Below are positions 1 to 12,656 of a stretch of 64,000 nt of DNA, piece after piece; within the stretch, counting starts at the first letter, position 1, and every line of letters begins with the position of its first letter. Source of the DNA: Callorhinchus milii (Eukaryota); the NCBI RefSeq assembly GCF_018977255.1, contig NW_024704742.1, positions 59,584,001 through 59,648,000 on the forward strand. Reading direction: 5' to 3'. A program made the translations under genes and the position numbers. The notes under the pieces were generated by a model. The model was not told the DNA's origin, ran no database searches, and worked only from the letters and a program-made list of their open reading frames with translations.

Positions 1-254
1 CCTGCTATACTAAATATTTATATGTACCTATTTGATACGACATCCTTTCTTTTTATAAATCAGCTGGGAAAAGTGTGACTATTGGTTTTGAGTGGGCCCA
101 CTGACTGCTGTGGGGCAGGAAGAGAAATGACACCGAATAGAGCATTGAGGACAGAAAGACTTGCCTCAGTACACTCCCATGTCTTGTCAGGTGTGTCTTT
201 TTTGTGAATATAATTTCAGTGAATGAAAAGATTGAATTAAACTACAGTACTAAT

Positions 255-312
255 TGGCACAGACATGATGGGCTGAATAGCTTCCTTGTGTGCTGAATAA
301 TTCAATGATACT
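255..312 (+). mobile_element. CR1-type LINE 3' tail remnant
   Basis: GGCACAGACATGATGGGCTGAATAGC...TGTGCTG resembles the CR1 tails at 18105-18155 and 23460-23525 (minus strand). Confidence 0.55.
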
Positions 313-498
313 ATTACAGAGAAACATTCGGATACAATTATATTTTCCAAAATGTATATTTTTCAAAGTGCATCTTAAAGTTTGAGTCATACGATCTGCG
401 AGAAAGAACCTTTACTGAAATACCATCTATTTGAGAAAAGTTATCTTTATAAAATTAAACTGTGCTTGCTCTCCTGACATTCATTGCATCTGACATTC

Positions 499-515
499 TT
501 TGCCCTCTGCTGGAC
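499..515 (-). promoter_or_regulatory. CTCF core motif
   Basis: Minus strand GTCCAGCAGAGGGCA matches the CTCF core CCASYAGRKGGCR; lies outside recognisable repeats. Confidence 0.55.
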
Positions 516-1794
516 GTGAAGGTGCACTACAGTTGATTACAACCAGATTTTTCAAGTGAGATCAGGCTTAATGCTAAACAAAATCAATTTGTAACCAACA
601 AACGCTGAACATATTTTTAAACTGTCACATTTACTATCAAACAGTCCCGAATGTTATCCCATTTCATAATAGAAGTCACAATTTCAGTTGTGCTGAAACA
701 CAAGGGCAACTTTCACTTTTAACTCATTCCGGATTGCAACTAACAAACATTGAAGCTGCCATTGTAATTGTGAAGGGTTATTCTCGTTAATACCAGAGGT
801 GATTAACAAATATCACCCTAATAGAGTAAATCCAGTAAAATAATTTATTGTTACTGTGCCATTGTTCAATTATTTAGGTGATAAAGCAAGTCCACTGAAA
901 TAATTTTTCTTTCTAAAGTACGTTGAAATGTACCAAAATAGTTTAATAATAATAATAATTTATGTTTTTAACCAAATTAAAGAGTTAAAAGCAAGAGCAA
1001 GTGAATGTAGGATAGAGGTCCAGAGGTTGGGGGTATTAAAAAAAAGTGTAGTATCCACTCAAGGGTAAATTGACCCATTGAGAAAGTGTTTGTTTTCTAG
1101 TCCGGGATAAATGTTGTGCCCTGCAGCATGTTGCCAGTAGTTATTTGCTTATTCCAATTTGCCTTTGTAAATAAAACCAGGAATTTGTTTAGTCTGAAAA
1201 CTGATGGTCCGTGTTGCAATGATCACCTTTGCTGAGAGATTTTGGTCCCTGTGCGACATAAACAGTTCTGGTAGCAAATTATTACCTGCAGGGCAACTGC
1301 TAGACATTGTGTCACAAGAATTGATGGGGTAGAATAATGAAAGAGATATATTCTGTTTCATAAGCGACAAAAGAAATAGAGAATCCACTTATGGAAACTG
1401 CCATTGAACTGTATAAGTGAGATAGGTTCACAATCAAAATGAAACGACCACAGGAACCATTAACTCTGTTTATTTAGCAACAAGCAAATAGTATTCCAGG
1501 ATCAACAGTACTGGACATTATTATTCCATATTTTAATCTATCAAGTTGCAGCTATACTTCAGAGACACTCAAATCTCCATTAAAGAGTTGGATGATAATA
1601 GATTTTAATCTTTGACACTCGTGTGCTGTCAGCCTGTCAGCACTAATGATGCCACATTTGAACAGTGTGGCTATACCAATTTTCTAAAAAAATCCTCAAA
1701 TTAATAATGTGAATCTAGGGTTGAGATTCCACAAGAGGTTTTTATTCTTAATTATTTGAAAGGGAATGGGTGATATGTGCATAACTCTCAATAC

Positions 1795-1935
1795 ATAGAT
1801 GGGACTCATAATCCAGGTTGACACTTCAATACAGTACTGACACAGAGTAGAGCATTGATGGAGGTACCAGTGTTTCATCTGCCTGTACTGGCACTGCAGG
1901 TAGGCATTAAGAAGATGGCATGGCACTATTTTAAA
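1795..1935 (+). mobile_element. Deu-domain SINE internal fragment
   Basis: GACACTTCAATACAGTACTG...GGAGGTACC...CATGGCACTATT aligns with the copy at 38833-39248. Confidence 0.55.
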
Positions 1936-2189
1936 GACGATTTTCTCTCAGTGCGCATATTCCTCCCTAATCCCAGTGCTCGTATTCTTCCAATCCCCAG
2001 CTCGGATGCCCACCCAACAGTGTTTTGCAATGTTCTCCTGACATGAAAAGCCCTGTATAAATCTAAATTGTATTGTAGTCCAACTTCAGATAAAAAGATT
2101 GGTCATTCTCCTACTCATTATTTATGGGGTGTTGCTAATGTGCTAATGTCACAGTTGCAAATACCAACAATTGTCATTACACTTCAAAC

Positions 2190-2535
2190 TATTCTCTGCT
2201 CCCTCTGCTCAGCAGATTCCGGCCTACTCCTTGTTCCCCTCCCGTCCTGCCCCACCATCGGCAGTCGGGCCTTCAATCTCTCTGCCTCCAGCCTCTGGAA
2301 CACGATCCCACATTCCCTTCGCCTCGGTCTCTCCTTTGCCTTCTTCAAGGCACGCCATAAGACCTGTGCTTTTGGCCACCCTCCTACGCTTTCTGCCCAC
2401 CACCCTCCTTGATCCCTCCCTCAACTTCCCCCCAGACCCCCGCTCGGGTCCTAATCCTGGATTGTTCAGCGGCTTTGGGCATCCTCCCGATGTGAAAGGC
2501 GCTTTACAAATGTAATTTTTTATTGTATTGTACTG
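2190..2535 (+). mobile_element. L2 LINE 3' end
   Basis: Translates to TIGSRAFNLSASSLWNTIP (L2 ORF2 C-terminus); tail CATCCTCCCGATGTGAAAGGCGCTTTACAAATGTAA plus TTG-rich repeats. Confidence 0.9.
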
Positions 2536-2774
2536 TGTTATTACTCAGTCTTGGAACATTTTTGACACAATAAAATGTAGTGCCAGTTGCAAGTAGTATT
2601 GTAGTGCTCCAATGTCAGTATTAATCTTTTAAAAAGAGATGAATAGAAGGCATATTACTATCATTACCACCTTTTATCAAACACAGTTTTGAAAACGATT
2701 ATCAAGACCATTTTATTTTTCAATTATTGTTTTGATATTTGAACATTTTTGGTTTAACTCTGAGTGTTACACTT

Positions 2775-3240
2775 GACCCCTCCAAACACTTCAGTTACAG
2801 CCCCATCTATACCTTGCTCTTCCTCTCCAAAGTACTTGAATGTGTAATTGTCTCCCAGATTTATTCCTTCCTTTCCTACCTCCGCCCTGAATGAATCACT
2901 CCAATCCGGTTTTTACAGCATCGAGACAGTCCTGGTCAAATACACAAATGGTACCCTCTCTGCCTACGATCAGGGCTCCGTGTCTCTCCTGGTTCTCCTC
3001 AATGTCTCCATTTCCTTTGTCACCCTTGACTATTCTATTGTCCTCCACAATATCTCCTCTCTGGTACATCTCCATCGGCTCCGCACTATCCTAATTTCAC
3101 TCCTGCTTGTCCCAGGGTCGTCAATGCATATTTTCTAATGGCTTCTCCTCCTTCCCCCATACGGTCATCTGCAGCATTCCTCAAGATTCTATCCTAGGTC
3201 CTAACCCGTTCCTCATTCACATTCTTCCCTTTGGTAACCC
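2775..3240 (+). mobile_element. L2 ORF2 reverse transcriptase fragment, decayed
   Basis: LQSGFYSIETVLVK...LLVLLNVSISFVTLDY is the RT N-terminal motif region; no 3' tail. Confidence 0.85.
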
Positions 3241-3259
3241 ATTCTCGATCTCTGTCATC

Positions 3260-4650
3260 CGATAAACTACAGGCCCATTTCTTACTTGTCTTTCCTTGCC
3301 AAAGTTCTGGAACGAGATGTTGCAAATCAACTTTGCTCACACCTCTCCCTCCACTCGGGACCCTCCAATACGGTTTCTGCCCTGCCCACAGCATAGAGAC
3401 AGTGCTCGTAAAATTCACAAATTACGTGCTTTCTCTCTGTAACCAGGGCTCCCTCTGAGTCCTTGTCCTCCTTGACCTCTCCGCTGTATTTGATACGATC
3501 GCCCACACCATCCACCTCCACTGCCTCCCTTTGCTCATCCACTTTAGTGGGACTGCACGTGCCTGACTCAGTCCCACTTAACCAACTGCCATTACTTTGT
3601 CTCCGCAAACATTTTTTCCTCCCGCCACTGCACAGTTACCTACAGCATACCCCAAGGCTCCATCTTTAGCCCTCCTCATTTCCTTATTTACATGCCCCCT
3701 CTCAATTATATCATCCACAGACATAGGGCATTCTTCCACATGTATGCGAATGACACCCAATTCTACTTATCCTCCTCCAGTTGCAACTCCAGGTCCTTTG
3801 ATGTTGGGTTAGCTTGTTTGTGGGACATCAGGGTTTGGATGAGTGCAAACTTCCTGCACCTGAATGACGATAAGATGGAAGCCATGCTCCTTGGCTTCCG
3901 TGAACATCTTCACTCCTGGGGCTCTGATCTCCTCAACTTCTCCAGCTGATATCTAAGACTTACCAATCCTGTATGCAACCGAGGTGTCAGGTTTGCTCTG
4001 CAGCTATTCTACTTATCCCACATCCAGTCCCTGATCAAGTCCGCTTTCCTCCATCTCCATCACATTGCCCGCCTATGCCTGTACCTCGCACCTAAAAATA
4101 GCTGAGACTCTCGTCTGTCCTTTCATCGGCTCCCGCCTTGATTTTTCTGATACCGTCCTCACCAATCTCCGCAGCTCCACTATCTACAAAATCATACTAA
4201 TTCAGAACTCCACTGCCCATATATTTACCTGCTCTAACCTCTGTACTCCCATCACTCAAGTCCTCGCCAGGGTCCACTGGATTCCTAACACAGAACAGAC
4301 TGATTTCACGATCCTCTCACTAATTTACAAATCCCTTCACACACTGGCACCTCCCCACCTCTCCAACCTGCTTACTCCCCACTTCACCACCTGCCACCTC
4401 CGCTCAGCTGGATCCGGCTTCATGACTGTCCCTCATCCTCTACGCTTCACCATTAATGGCCGTGCTTTCAACCACTATTCCCCAAAACTTTGGAAATCTC
4501 TCTCTCAACCACTCCGCTTTCAGATCAAGACTGTGTTTATGGTCACCTCCTCCTTTATCCTAGTGTCAGGCTCCAGCACTGTTCAACACTCTGAGATGCT
4601 ACCCCACATGAAATGTGCTATATAAATGCACGTTGTTGTTGTTCTATTGT
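3260..4650 (+). mobile_element. L2 LINE, 5'-truncated (RT to tail), frameshifted
   Basis: LQYGFCPAHSIETVLVK; HMYANDTQFY (decayed YADD); SRLDF; GRAFNHYSPKLWKSL; (GTT)n tail at about 4632-4642. Confidence 0.92.
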
Positions 4651-5810
4651 TCTACCCACAAGCATGAAATTAAGTCCCTTTGCATATGTACGTGGATGAC
4701 ATCCAACTCCACCTGCCTGCGCCTTCAGCTTCCATTCCTCTCCCCACCCCACCCACCCGTCCATCCTAATTCTATTCATCTCGGGTTCTCATTTCACCAT
4801 TGAAGAACATTTTGAGACATTCTCCCAACATGAAAAAGAAGTGAAGGTGTTGTTGTGTTAATACTATCAGAGATAAATGCGGTGGGATGAAATACTGAAC
4901 CTAACAGTATAAATTAGCATTAATAGGTACAGTCATTAACCTTGAGTACTTTAACTATCTCCATATTTAAATACTGTAATTTACTTCATCCACTAGCAAA
5001 ATCAACCTGAGTAACTCCTACGAACAATTCTCACAATAATTTCACACTCTAAAATTAACATTAACAAAAGCTGAAGAAGAAAAAAGGACAAGAGTATTAA
5101 TTAGATTTTTTTCAATTATTTTTAGAAATGGATGATTTTAAATGTTTGTGTGGTGGTGCTAAAGCCCATTTAACACCAATTAATTAATGGATTAATATGT
5201 TGCTGTTGGACTGAAAGGAGCTATTAGCATCAATGTGTACTGCGTTAATAAAATGTTGTTCTCTAATAAAAATCTCAACCCTGAATCACATTGAGACAAA
5301 TGTGAGGTACATTTGCCTCAATACAGAGGTAAACTATAAACAACTGAAATGGACTCTGTGAATAGGATTTATTGTAATTCATTCAGCAAATTAAGCCTAC
5401 AAGTTTGCCTACAAATTGCAGTCACTACAATTTGTAGATCGTCCTCCCGATGTGAAAGGTGCTGTAGCAAATTCAGGGATTATTAGAAATTATTCTGATA
5501 ATTTAACAGTTGAAATGACCATGATGTAAGAAATTAATTCTGGGTTATTAAAATGCACAATCACATTTTTGATAACATTTGAAACATCTGGACATTATCA
5601 TCGATTCATTACCAGAATATGATTACACAATTCTTTGTCCTGTGATTGATAGTGACAAATGCCAGCGACATCTGACATGGTTCTGATGTGGACTATATCT
5701 CAAATTGCATTTTTTTATTTGAAAAAAAGATATATTGCATCAAGATGGTTAGAGTAGAACCCTAAGGAGAAATTAGGAGATACATTCTAAGATATACGAG
5801 GAGACACCTA

Positions 5811-6020
5811 TAATAATAATAATAATAATCCTTGCATTTAATATAGGGCTTTTCACATCTTCTCAACATCTCAAAGTGCTTCACAGAATATGCTGTAGAG
5901 CGAATTGTCTGTATATTTGTGGGCGAAACACGGCAGCCAATTACGCACAGCAATGTTCCACAAACAGTCATGGATTGAAAATGACCAATTTATTATTGTT
6001 TTGTTTTGGAGGGATTATTA
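5811..6020 (-). mobile_element. tRNA-Ala SINE, 5'-truncated
   Basis: 3' half matches 12044-12366; (ATT)n tail; old-type tail loop. Confidence 0.9.
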
Positions 6021-6129
6021 TCTGAAAATTGAGCAGAATGAAAATTGAGCAGAGAAGAAAAATAGCCCCAAGACGTTCAGGGTGGAATTTAAGGCTGTGC
6101 ACAAGAACAGCAAGAAAAAATTAAATTTT

Positions 6130-7935
6130 TAAAGTGCTTTTCACGTCAGGAGGACATCCCAAGTTACTGTACAGTCAGTGATCAAGCCCCGAGCGTGGTG
6201 GTGGAGGAGGGGGTTGTTCGGATGAGGGAGGGCAGAGGGGGTAGGAGGGCGGCTGAAGGTACAGTCAAAAAGGATTTTGAATTCTATTCTCAGAGGGATG
6301 GAGACCCAGTGCAGCAGAGGGGTGAGGCAGTGGCGGAGTTGGTCAATGTTGCAGAGGTGTGGTAAGGCAGAGAGGATCATGTCATGGATATAGGGGAGAA
6401 AGGACAGTTGAGGATCAAACAAGGCGCCCAGGTTCCTGATTGGCTTGGTGAGGTGGAGTGTGCATCCCTGGATGGTGATGCTGCCAGTGCCTGTAGTGCG
6501 GAGGCGATGGTAAAAGTGAATCAAGAGGGCCTTGGTCAGCTGTAGAAAGTTGGCTCTCATCCAAGACTTGATGTCTGACAGACAGTCTGTCAGGACATCA
6601 GTGGTCTTGGAATCGAGGGTGGAGGCAGAGAGATAGAAGTGGGGTCTCATCTACACACGTGTGGAAGTTGATCCCATGTCTGCGGATGATGTCACCAAGA
6701 GAGAGCATATAGATATTGAAGAGGATAGAGCCCTGAGGAACACCGCACAAGATGGTGCAGGGGCTGGAGGAGAAGCCATTGGTGGAAACAAATTGGAGAT
6801 GGTGTGAGAGATAGGACCTGAACCATTCAAGGACACAGCCTTGAAGGTTGAGATGAGAGGAGAGGCAATGGAGGAGGATGTAGTGGTCCATGGTATCGAA
6901 GGCAGCAGAGAGTTCGAGGTGGATGAGGAGGCAGAGGATGCCCTGCTCACAGATGGACAGGATGTCGTTTTTCACCTTGACCAGACAGTTTCCATGCTGT
7001 GAGCAGCACGGAAACTTGATTGGAGGGGCTTGTAAAGAGAGTTGTAGGAGAGGAAGGAGCAAAGCTGGGAAGCAACAACTCTTTCAAAGACCTAGGAAAG
7101 AAAAGGGAGGTTGGAGATTGTCTGGTAGTTAGAAAGCAGAGATGGGTCCAGGAAAGGATGGAGCTTGTAGCTGTTTTTAGGAAGATGGGAACAGTGCCAG
7201 ATGATTGGGAGAGATTGATGGTGTTAGAGAGTAGAGGAGGTGGAGCTGGGAGGTAAGGTGAGAGGTGGGGATGGGATCAAGGGAGCAGTTGGTGTATTTC
7301 ATGCTGGATATGGTGGTGATGAGAGAGGAGGGTGGAGACTGGTTTGAAGATGTGGAGGGAGGAATGGGTATGTATCGGAGCGTGGGGCAGAGATGGGGAG
7401 GGAGTGGTGGTTGGGAGGGCAGAGGCAGCTGATCAGATCCCCTGGCTTTTGGACTCGAGGAAATCCAGGGTCTCCTCACAGCCAGAGCTTGAGGAGAGAA
7501 TGGGCGAGGCATGGGAGGGTGGACAGAGGAGCTGGTTGTTGATGGAGAATAGGAGTCTGGGGTTGTCCTTCGCCTGCAAGATTATCTTGGAGTAAAAGGA
7601 CGATTTGGCGCAGGCGAGAGTGGAGCAGTACATTTTGATGTAGTCCAGCCAGATCTGCCGGTCGAGTGTTGGATCATATTTGAGCCAGGTGCGTTCAGTG
7701 GCCCGCACCTGACCCTTGAGGGAGCGGAGGTAGCTGGTGTACCAGGGTGAGGTGGTTCAGGAGGTGAGGGGGGGGTTAAGGGCATCAAGAGTGGTGGAGA
7801 GAGAGTTGTGAAGGAGAGTGAGCGAGGAGGATAAATCAGTGCAGGAGATAGGCCAGAAGGGGAGGAGTTCAGATGACTCCAGAACAGCAGAGAGGGATTG
7901 CGGGGAGATTTTTTTCCGGACACTAGACAAGAAGA
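6130..7935 (-). mobile_element. L2 LINE, 5'-truncated with internal deletions
   Basis: Linker AKSSFYSKIILQAKDNPRLLFS; CSLDPIP; LELSAAFDTMDH; GVPQGSIL; WMRANFLQL; tail motif at about 6135-6165. Confidence 0.95.
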
Positions 7936-8389
7936 ATAATACCTGATGCAGGTCATTGGAGTGCAGTAAAATATGATACAATCTTAAACATATGTTTGCT
8001 GTACCTTATATCAAAGCAGTTTATTGAAAGAGGTTTGTAAAACAAAATGATTCAAGATTTTTGTTTCATGTGGGAGAGCAGTACTCTAGTGAGTCCTGAT
8101 GATCCATTGAGTAGTTGTACTCTCACTGCCATTCGTTGATTTTAAAATGCACTGCTCTCATGGGCGAGTGCTAAATCTGAGCCCAGTTAGTAATTAGAAA
8201 TTGTCAATAGATAATGAAATGTGCAGCATGTTAACCATCCATATATAGACTTCAATTGCACTCATCTTGGTAACTGTAGAATCATTTTATTATTGCAACC
8301 AGAGCATACAAGATATTTGTCAATATTCACAACCTCAATTGGATTGTACAAAGCTCTGGATCTGCTTCTGAAAACAACGAAAAGTCAAT

Positions 8390-8615
8390 GGAACCAATCT
8401 CTGAATATCGGAATGAATAAATCTGGACTCATGAATGATCAATTTTATCTGAGGAATTATTGGCTGGGACATCATGAGAAGTGCCATGGGACCATTATCA
8501 TCCGTCTGAACAGACAAACAGGACCTCAGTTTAACATATCATCTCAAACTCAGAACTTCCAACACTGCAGTGAACTTCAGCACTGCATTGAAGTGTCATC
8601 TTAGACTATGTCTAA
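8390..8615 (-). mobile_element. Deu-domain SINE fragment
   Basis: AGTGCCATGGGACC...CTGAACAGACAAACAGGACCTCAGTTTAACATATCATCT is the reverse complement of the Deu core. Confidence 0.75.
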
Positions 8616-11194
8616 AGAATCCAATAAGTTGTCTTGGTGACCAATGGGAACTCTGAAGTATACCCCTGGGTTGTTGAACAGTTCTTCTGGGTACCACTTG
8701 CATGACTTGGATTCTTTATTAGGGAATCCTGTTAAGAACTATTGCATATTATATCCGATGGAAGATAATGATTATATTTCAGCATTTTTATCAAGCAAAA
8801 ATCTAACAGTTGCTGGTAAATTTGAGAGAAAAAATTTACCAGACAAATCCATCATTTGCATCAGTAAATGGTGAAAATGCATTTCAATAACTGCAGAATT
8901 AATTGGAGAAGCTAAAGTGGCAGAAAGATGGCAGAAGCAGTTTCATGAGCAAGAATGTAAAGTAAATGACATTCAGCAGATTATAAAGAGTTCCAAAAAA
9001 AATTCTGTCAAATAAAATGATTTATGTTTATTAGATTTAGAGATGATGGTGCAAACTATGATGTTTCTCAACAGAATTGATGAGTTCATTAATTTGGAAA
9101 ATTGTTAAATTGATTCTTAACTTTGAAGCTTTTTTTAGTTTTCAATGAACATGAAACAAAATTGGCTTCAAAATTAATATTGTATTTAAGAATCTGCTAA
9201 GTTCCGGGTACTTTGAAATGGTAAGAAAATAGAATGAATCTAGACGCAGGTGTAATTTCTCCCACCAAATCTGTTAAACTACATTGTAATTTCCAATTTA
9301 AAAAGACAGGCATCTCATGAATCATCACTGAAATACCACATTCTGTATTCAGAGAAAAAGCAAATGTTGGTGCTGAAACAATGCAACCATAGACCTCCAG
9401 CAGTGCACTGAATTGGTAACCAACCCTATACATGTTCAAAGTCGCTATGTGAGGCTTGTACCACAATCATCTGACTCAGATACAAGAACGCTACTGACTG
9501 AGCCAGATTGACCCACGGTGGACACAATTGTGCTGAAGTTGAGGGGGTAAGAGATTTCACACCCATGGCCAATCTTTAGTTATTGATTGAACAAGTCATA
9601 TACCAAGTGCAGCTGATTCAGGAAGATGGTAATCGGATCATGGGAGCTGAGTCAATATCACTTTAAACCAAATACTTTGAAGTGTGTAACAGTAACAGCC
9701 TTTCCTTGGCATCTTCTTCCATTCAATGTAGTTTAAATCAGGAACCCATCAGAGTAACAATTGAACTAAGTTCCCCAACATAAATAATATGACTGTCTAT
9801 AATAAAAATAAACAGTGATACAAAGGTTACTCACACTAACTGATCAGAAGCATTGCTATTATAAATGTTTGTGATTCCTGCATTTTCTCTATCATCAATG
9901 TATTGAGGTTTGACATTGAGTATTCACTTGCAACTGGCTGACAACATTAGATAGAGCGTCATCAACTTGCAACTTTCATTAAAACTGCTTTGCATTTATT
10001 ATTAATGTATTTAAACAAGTTCCAGGAGGATTTTGGAGGAGAAAGGATATCAGGGATCATTTTCACGTTTAAAAGTGTCTCTCCAGCAAACAACTTCGAA
10101 ACCCATCTTATAACCACTATAAATGATCACCCAAGGCTGCCTCTGGCAAATTGTCAAAATTTGATAAGTGGGTCTGCAAAAACAGAGAAGATTGCATCTC
10201 ATGGAGAAAGATAGCTGGTATATAGTCTCATAGGAGATAAATACAATACTTTGTTAGCTCAGCATATTTTCTACCAAATTTCTGAAAAATAGTCAGATAA
10301 TTCATCTTTTAAAGTGTATTTTTAGAGCTAAAATTATGTTTGTAAATGTGCTGTCTGCATGATTGACTCAATGAGTTATTTCACTTCTGAAGATAATGTT
10401 CTGTTTCTAATTTACTGACCTCACCAAATCTGACAATATTTTGTATTAAAAACAATGTAAGGGATTTTTAAAGAGTTTTGAGTAAAGTAAAAAAAAAGAT
10501 TACTGACAGACAGGGAGCTATTATGATGCAGCCCTTAATCAGATTGTTGTTCAGGATTTTAATCTTGCTCACGCCTCCAAGAAACTTACTGCCTTTAATG
10601 GGGGTGCAATCAATTATTAGTGAGTTAGAAATGGGCAAAATGGGTGGCATAATCATTGACCCATCCAGTGCTCAATCCATTTTTCAAATGTGTTGTTGAG
10701 AATCCCAGTGTTTAATGTAGAAATTCTTAAGGGGATTAACAGTCACTGAAACTCATGAAATCTGACCCTGTCTCATAATTTTTAGTACTATCAAGTTGCA
10801 CCCTTTGGATCTATGTTGTTATATTTGCTGATTTTATAGCTTCATGAGTTGTATTAATGTAAAAATCTGCTTTAAGCAGAAGTAAACCATAGCCCATCTA
10901 ATCTGCCCATCCATTTTTTGCCTAAAAATGCAGTCGATCGAATTTAAGTATATCCTGTGAAGTGCTTTGAGACAGCACGATGGTGTGATAAGGCACTATA
11001 TCTAAAGCAAGAATTCTTATTTATTTTTCCTTAACATTCCTCTAGTATATCTGATGCAAAGCTCAGCATTCTGAATTGTTTAAATATCAGGAACTTGTAA
11101 CAGTAACATAGTAACAGTTTCAGACAGTAGTACAACATAGTCCAGCTAGCCTACCTATCCAAATTCTCACTGATTCCTTTGACACATAGAATAA

Positions 11195-11800
11195 TACAAT
11201 CATAGAAATTTACAATTCATTCACACATCAAGTCTGACCAGCTCTCAGAGCAAGGGGTTCATTCAATCTCACTGCCCTGCTATCCCCATACCCCTTCAAG
11301 TCTCTAATTTCATATACCTTTCTATTTCCCTCTTGAAACCCTCAATGGACTCTGGTCCCCAAATCTTCAATATCTATCTGCTCCCTCTTGGTGACATCAC
11401 CCGCAGACATGGGGTCAACTTCCATATGTATGCAGATGACACCCTTTGACACATATCTCTCTGCTTCCACCCTTGACCCGGACCACTGCTGTCCTAACAG
11501 AATGTCTGTCAGACATCAAGTCTTGGATAGGGCTAATTTTCTTCAGTTGAACGTCAACAAGACCGAGATTCTCCTGATTGGCTCCCGTCAGTGCCTCCAC
11601 ACCTCAGGTGTGGGAGAGGACATGGGCTATAGAGTTCTGGATGACCTGCAGCCTATGGAGGGAGGAGTCGGGGAGGCCAACAAGCAAGGAGTTTGCATAG
11701 TCAAACCGCTACCGTCTTACTTGGCAGGGCATTCAACATCTTAATAATTCTCTGAGTGAAAACATTTCTCTTAAGACCTATCTCAATATCTATTACTAGT
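11195..11800 (-). mobile_element. CR1 3' fragment interrupted by an L2 insert at 11354-11707
   Basis: CR1-type 3' sequence (ATCCCCATACCCC...TTGAAACCCTCAATGGACTCTG) resumes after 11707 (GGCAGGGCATTC...CTCTGAGTGAAAACATTTCTC). Confidence 0.65.
11354..11707. mobile_element. Tail-less L2 internal fragment in two oppositely oriented pieces
   Basis: 11354-11609 (+) encodes FHMYADD...ANFLQLNVNKTE; 11607-11707 (-) matches the L2 at 12928-13027. Confidence 0.88.
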
Positions 11801-12043
11801 GAATTCTTTAATTTCCTGGATCGTGTCTAGTTTCAGTTGAAACCCTTCATAGTTTCTTGATCTACCACCTCAGCTGATAAGTTGTTCCACAGGGCAATCA
11901 ATCCTTTTACTAAAAGTAATCACCTGTATTTCTCTGTGTTCTTTGTTATTATTTTGAAGCTGTGAATTCTATGAAAGCTATTTTCTACATGGCAATATAT
12001 TAATTTTGCATCCAAACCCATAGTGGATGCACCCAAACCTTTT

Positions 12044-12366
12044 GTGGAGTCCTGTAGCTCAGTTGGTAGAGCACTCCCTTTGCAAGCGAGAGACCTGAGT
12101 TCAATTCCAGGCAGGGAGAAACCTTGGGCAAGTTTTCTTACTCCACACACCTAATAATAATCCCTCCAAAACCCAAAACAATAATAAATTGGTCATTTTC
12201 AATCTATGACTGTTTGTGGGACATTGCTGTGCGCAATTGGCTACCGCGTTCGCCCAAAAATATACAGTCAATTCACTTTACAGTGTGTGTTCTGTGAAGC
12301 GCTTTGGGATGTCCTCCCGACGTGAAAAGCGCTATATCAAATGCAAGGATTATTATTATTATTATT
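12044..12366 (+). mobile_element. Full-length tRNA-Ala-derived SINE, short (young) form
   Basis: A box TAGCTCAGTTGG; B box GTTCAATTCC; anticodon-loop TGC; L2-like tail; (ATT)n end; near-identical copies elsewhere in the window. Confidence 0.95.
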
Positions 12367-12656
12367 GTCATATTCACATCTCCACCAAGTCTCATCTTAT
12401 ACTTTGCTTTTCAAGAGAGAGTTATTAAATGGCCAAATGTCCTCTAAATCCTGAAATTAGTCTCATCGCTGCATTTCCTTCAACAATTAAAAATCTTTTG
12501 TTAAAATAGGGAAGCTAAAACTACACGCAGGACTGATATGGTATGATCTCACCAATTTTATACGAAATAGTTACGTAGATGCTCCAAATTCCACCAAGTC
12601 AAATCCTATATGAACGATTTTGTCTTAAACTTTCAGATTGAGTATTATTGTGAAAC

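Noticed and set aside
6023..6054. 16-bp tandem duplication beside a truncated SINE
   Set aside because: Ordinary slippage or junction duplication; two units only and not CRISPR-like.
12044..12120. Bona fide tRNA-Ala gene
   Set aside because: Continues into a SINE body and tail found in many copies; acceptor and T stems are imperfect.
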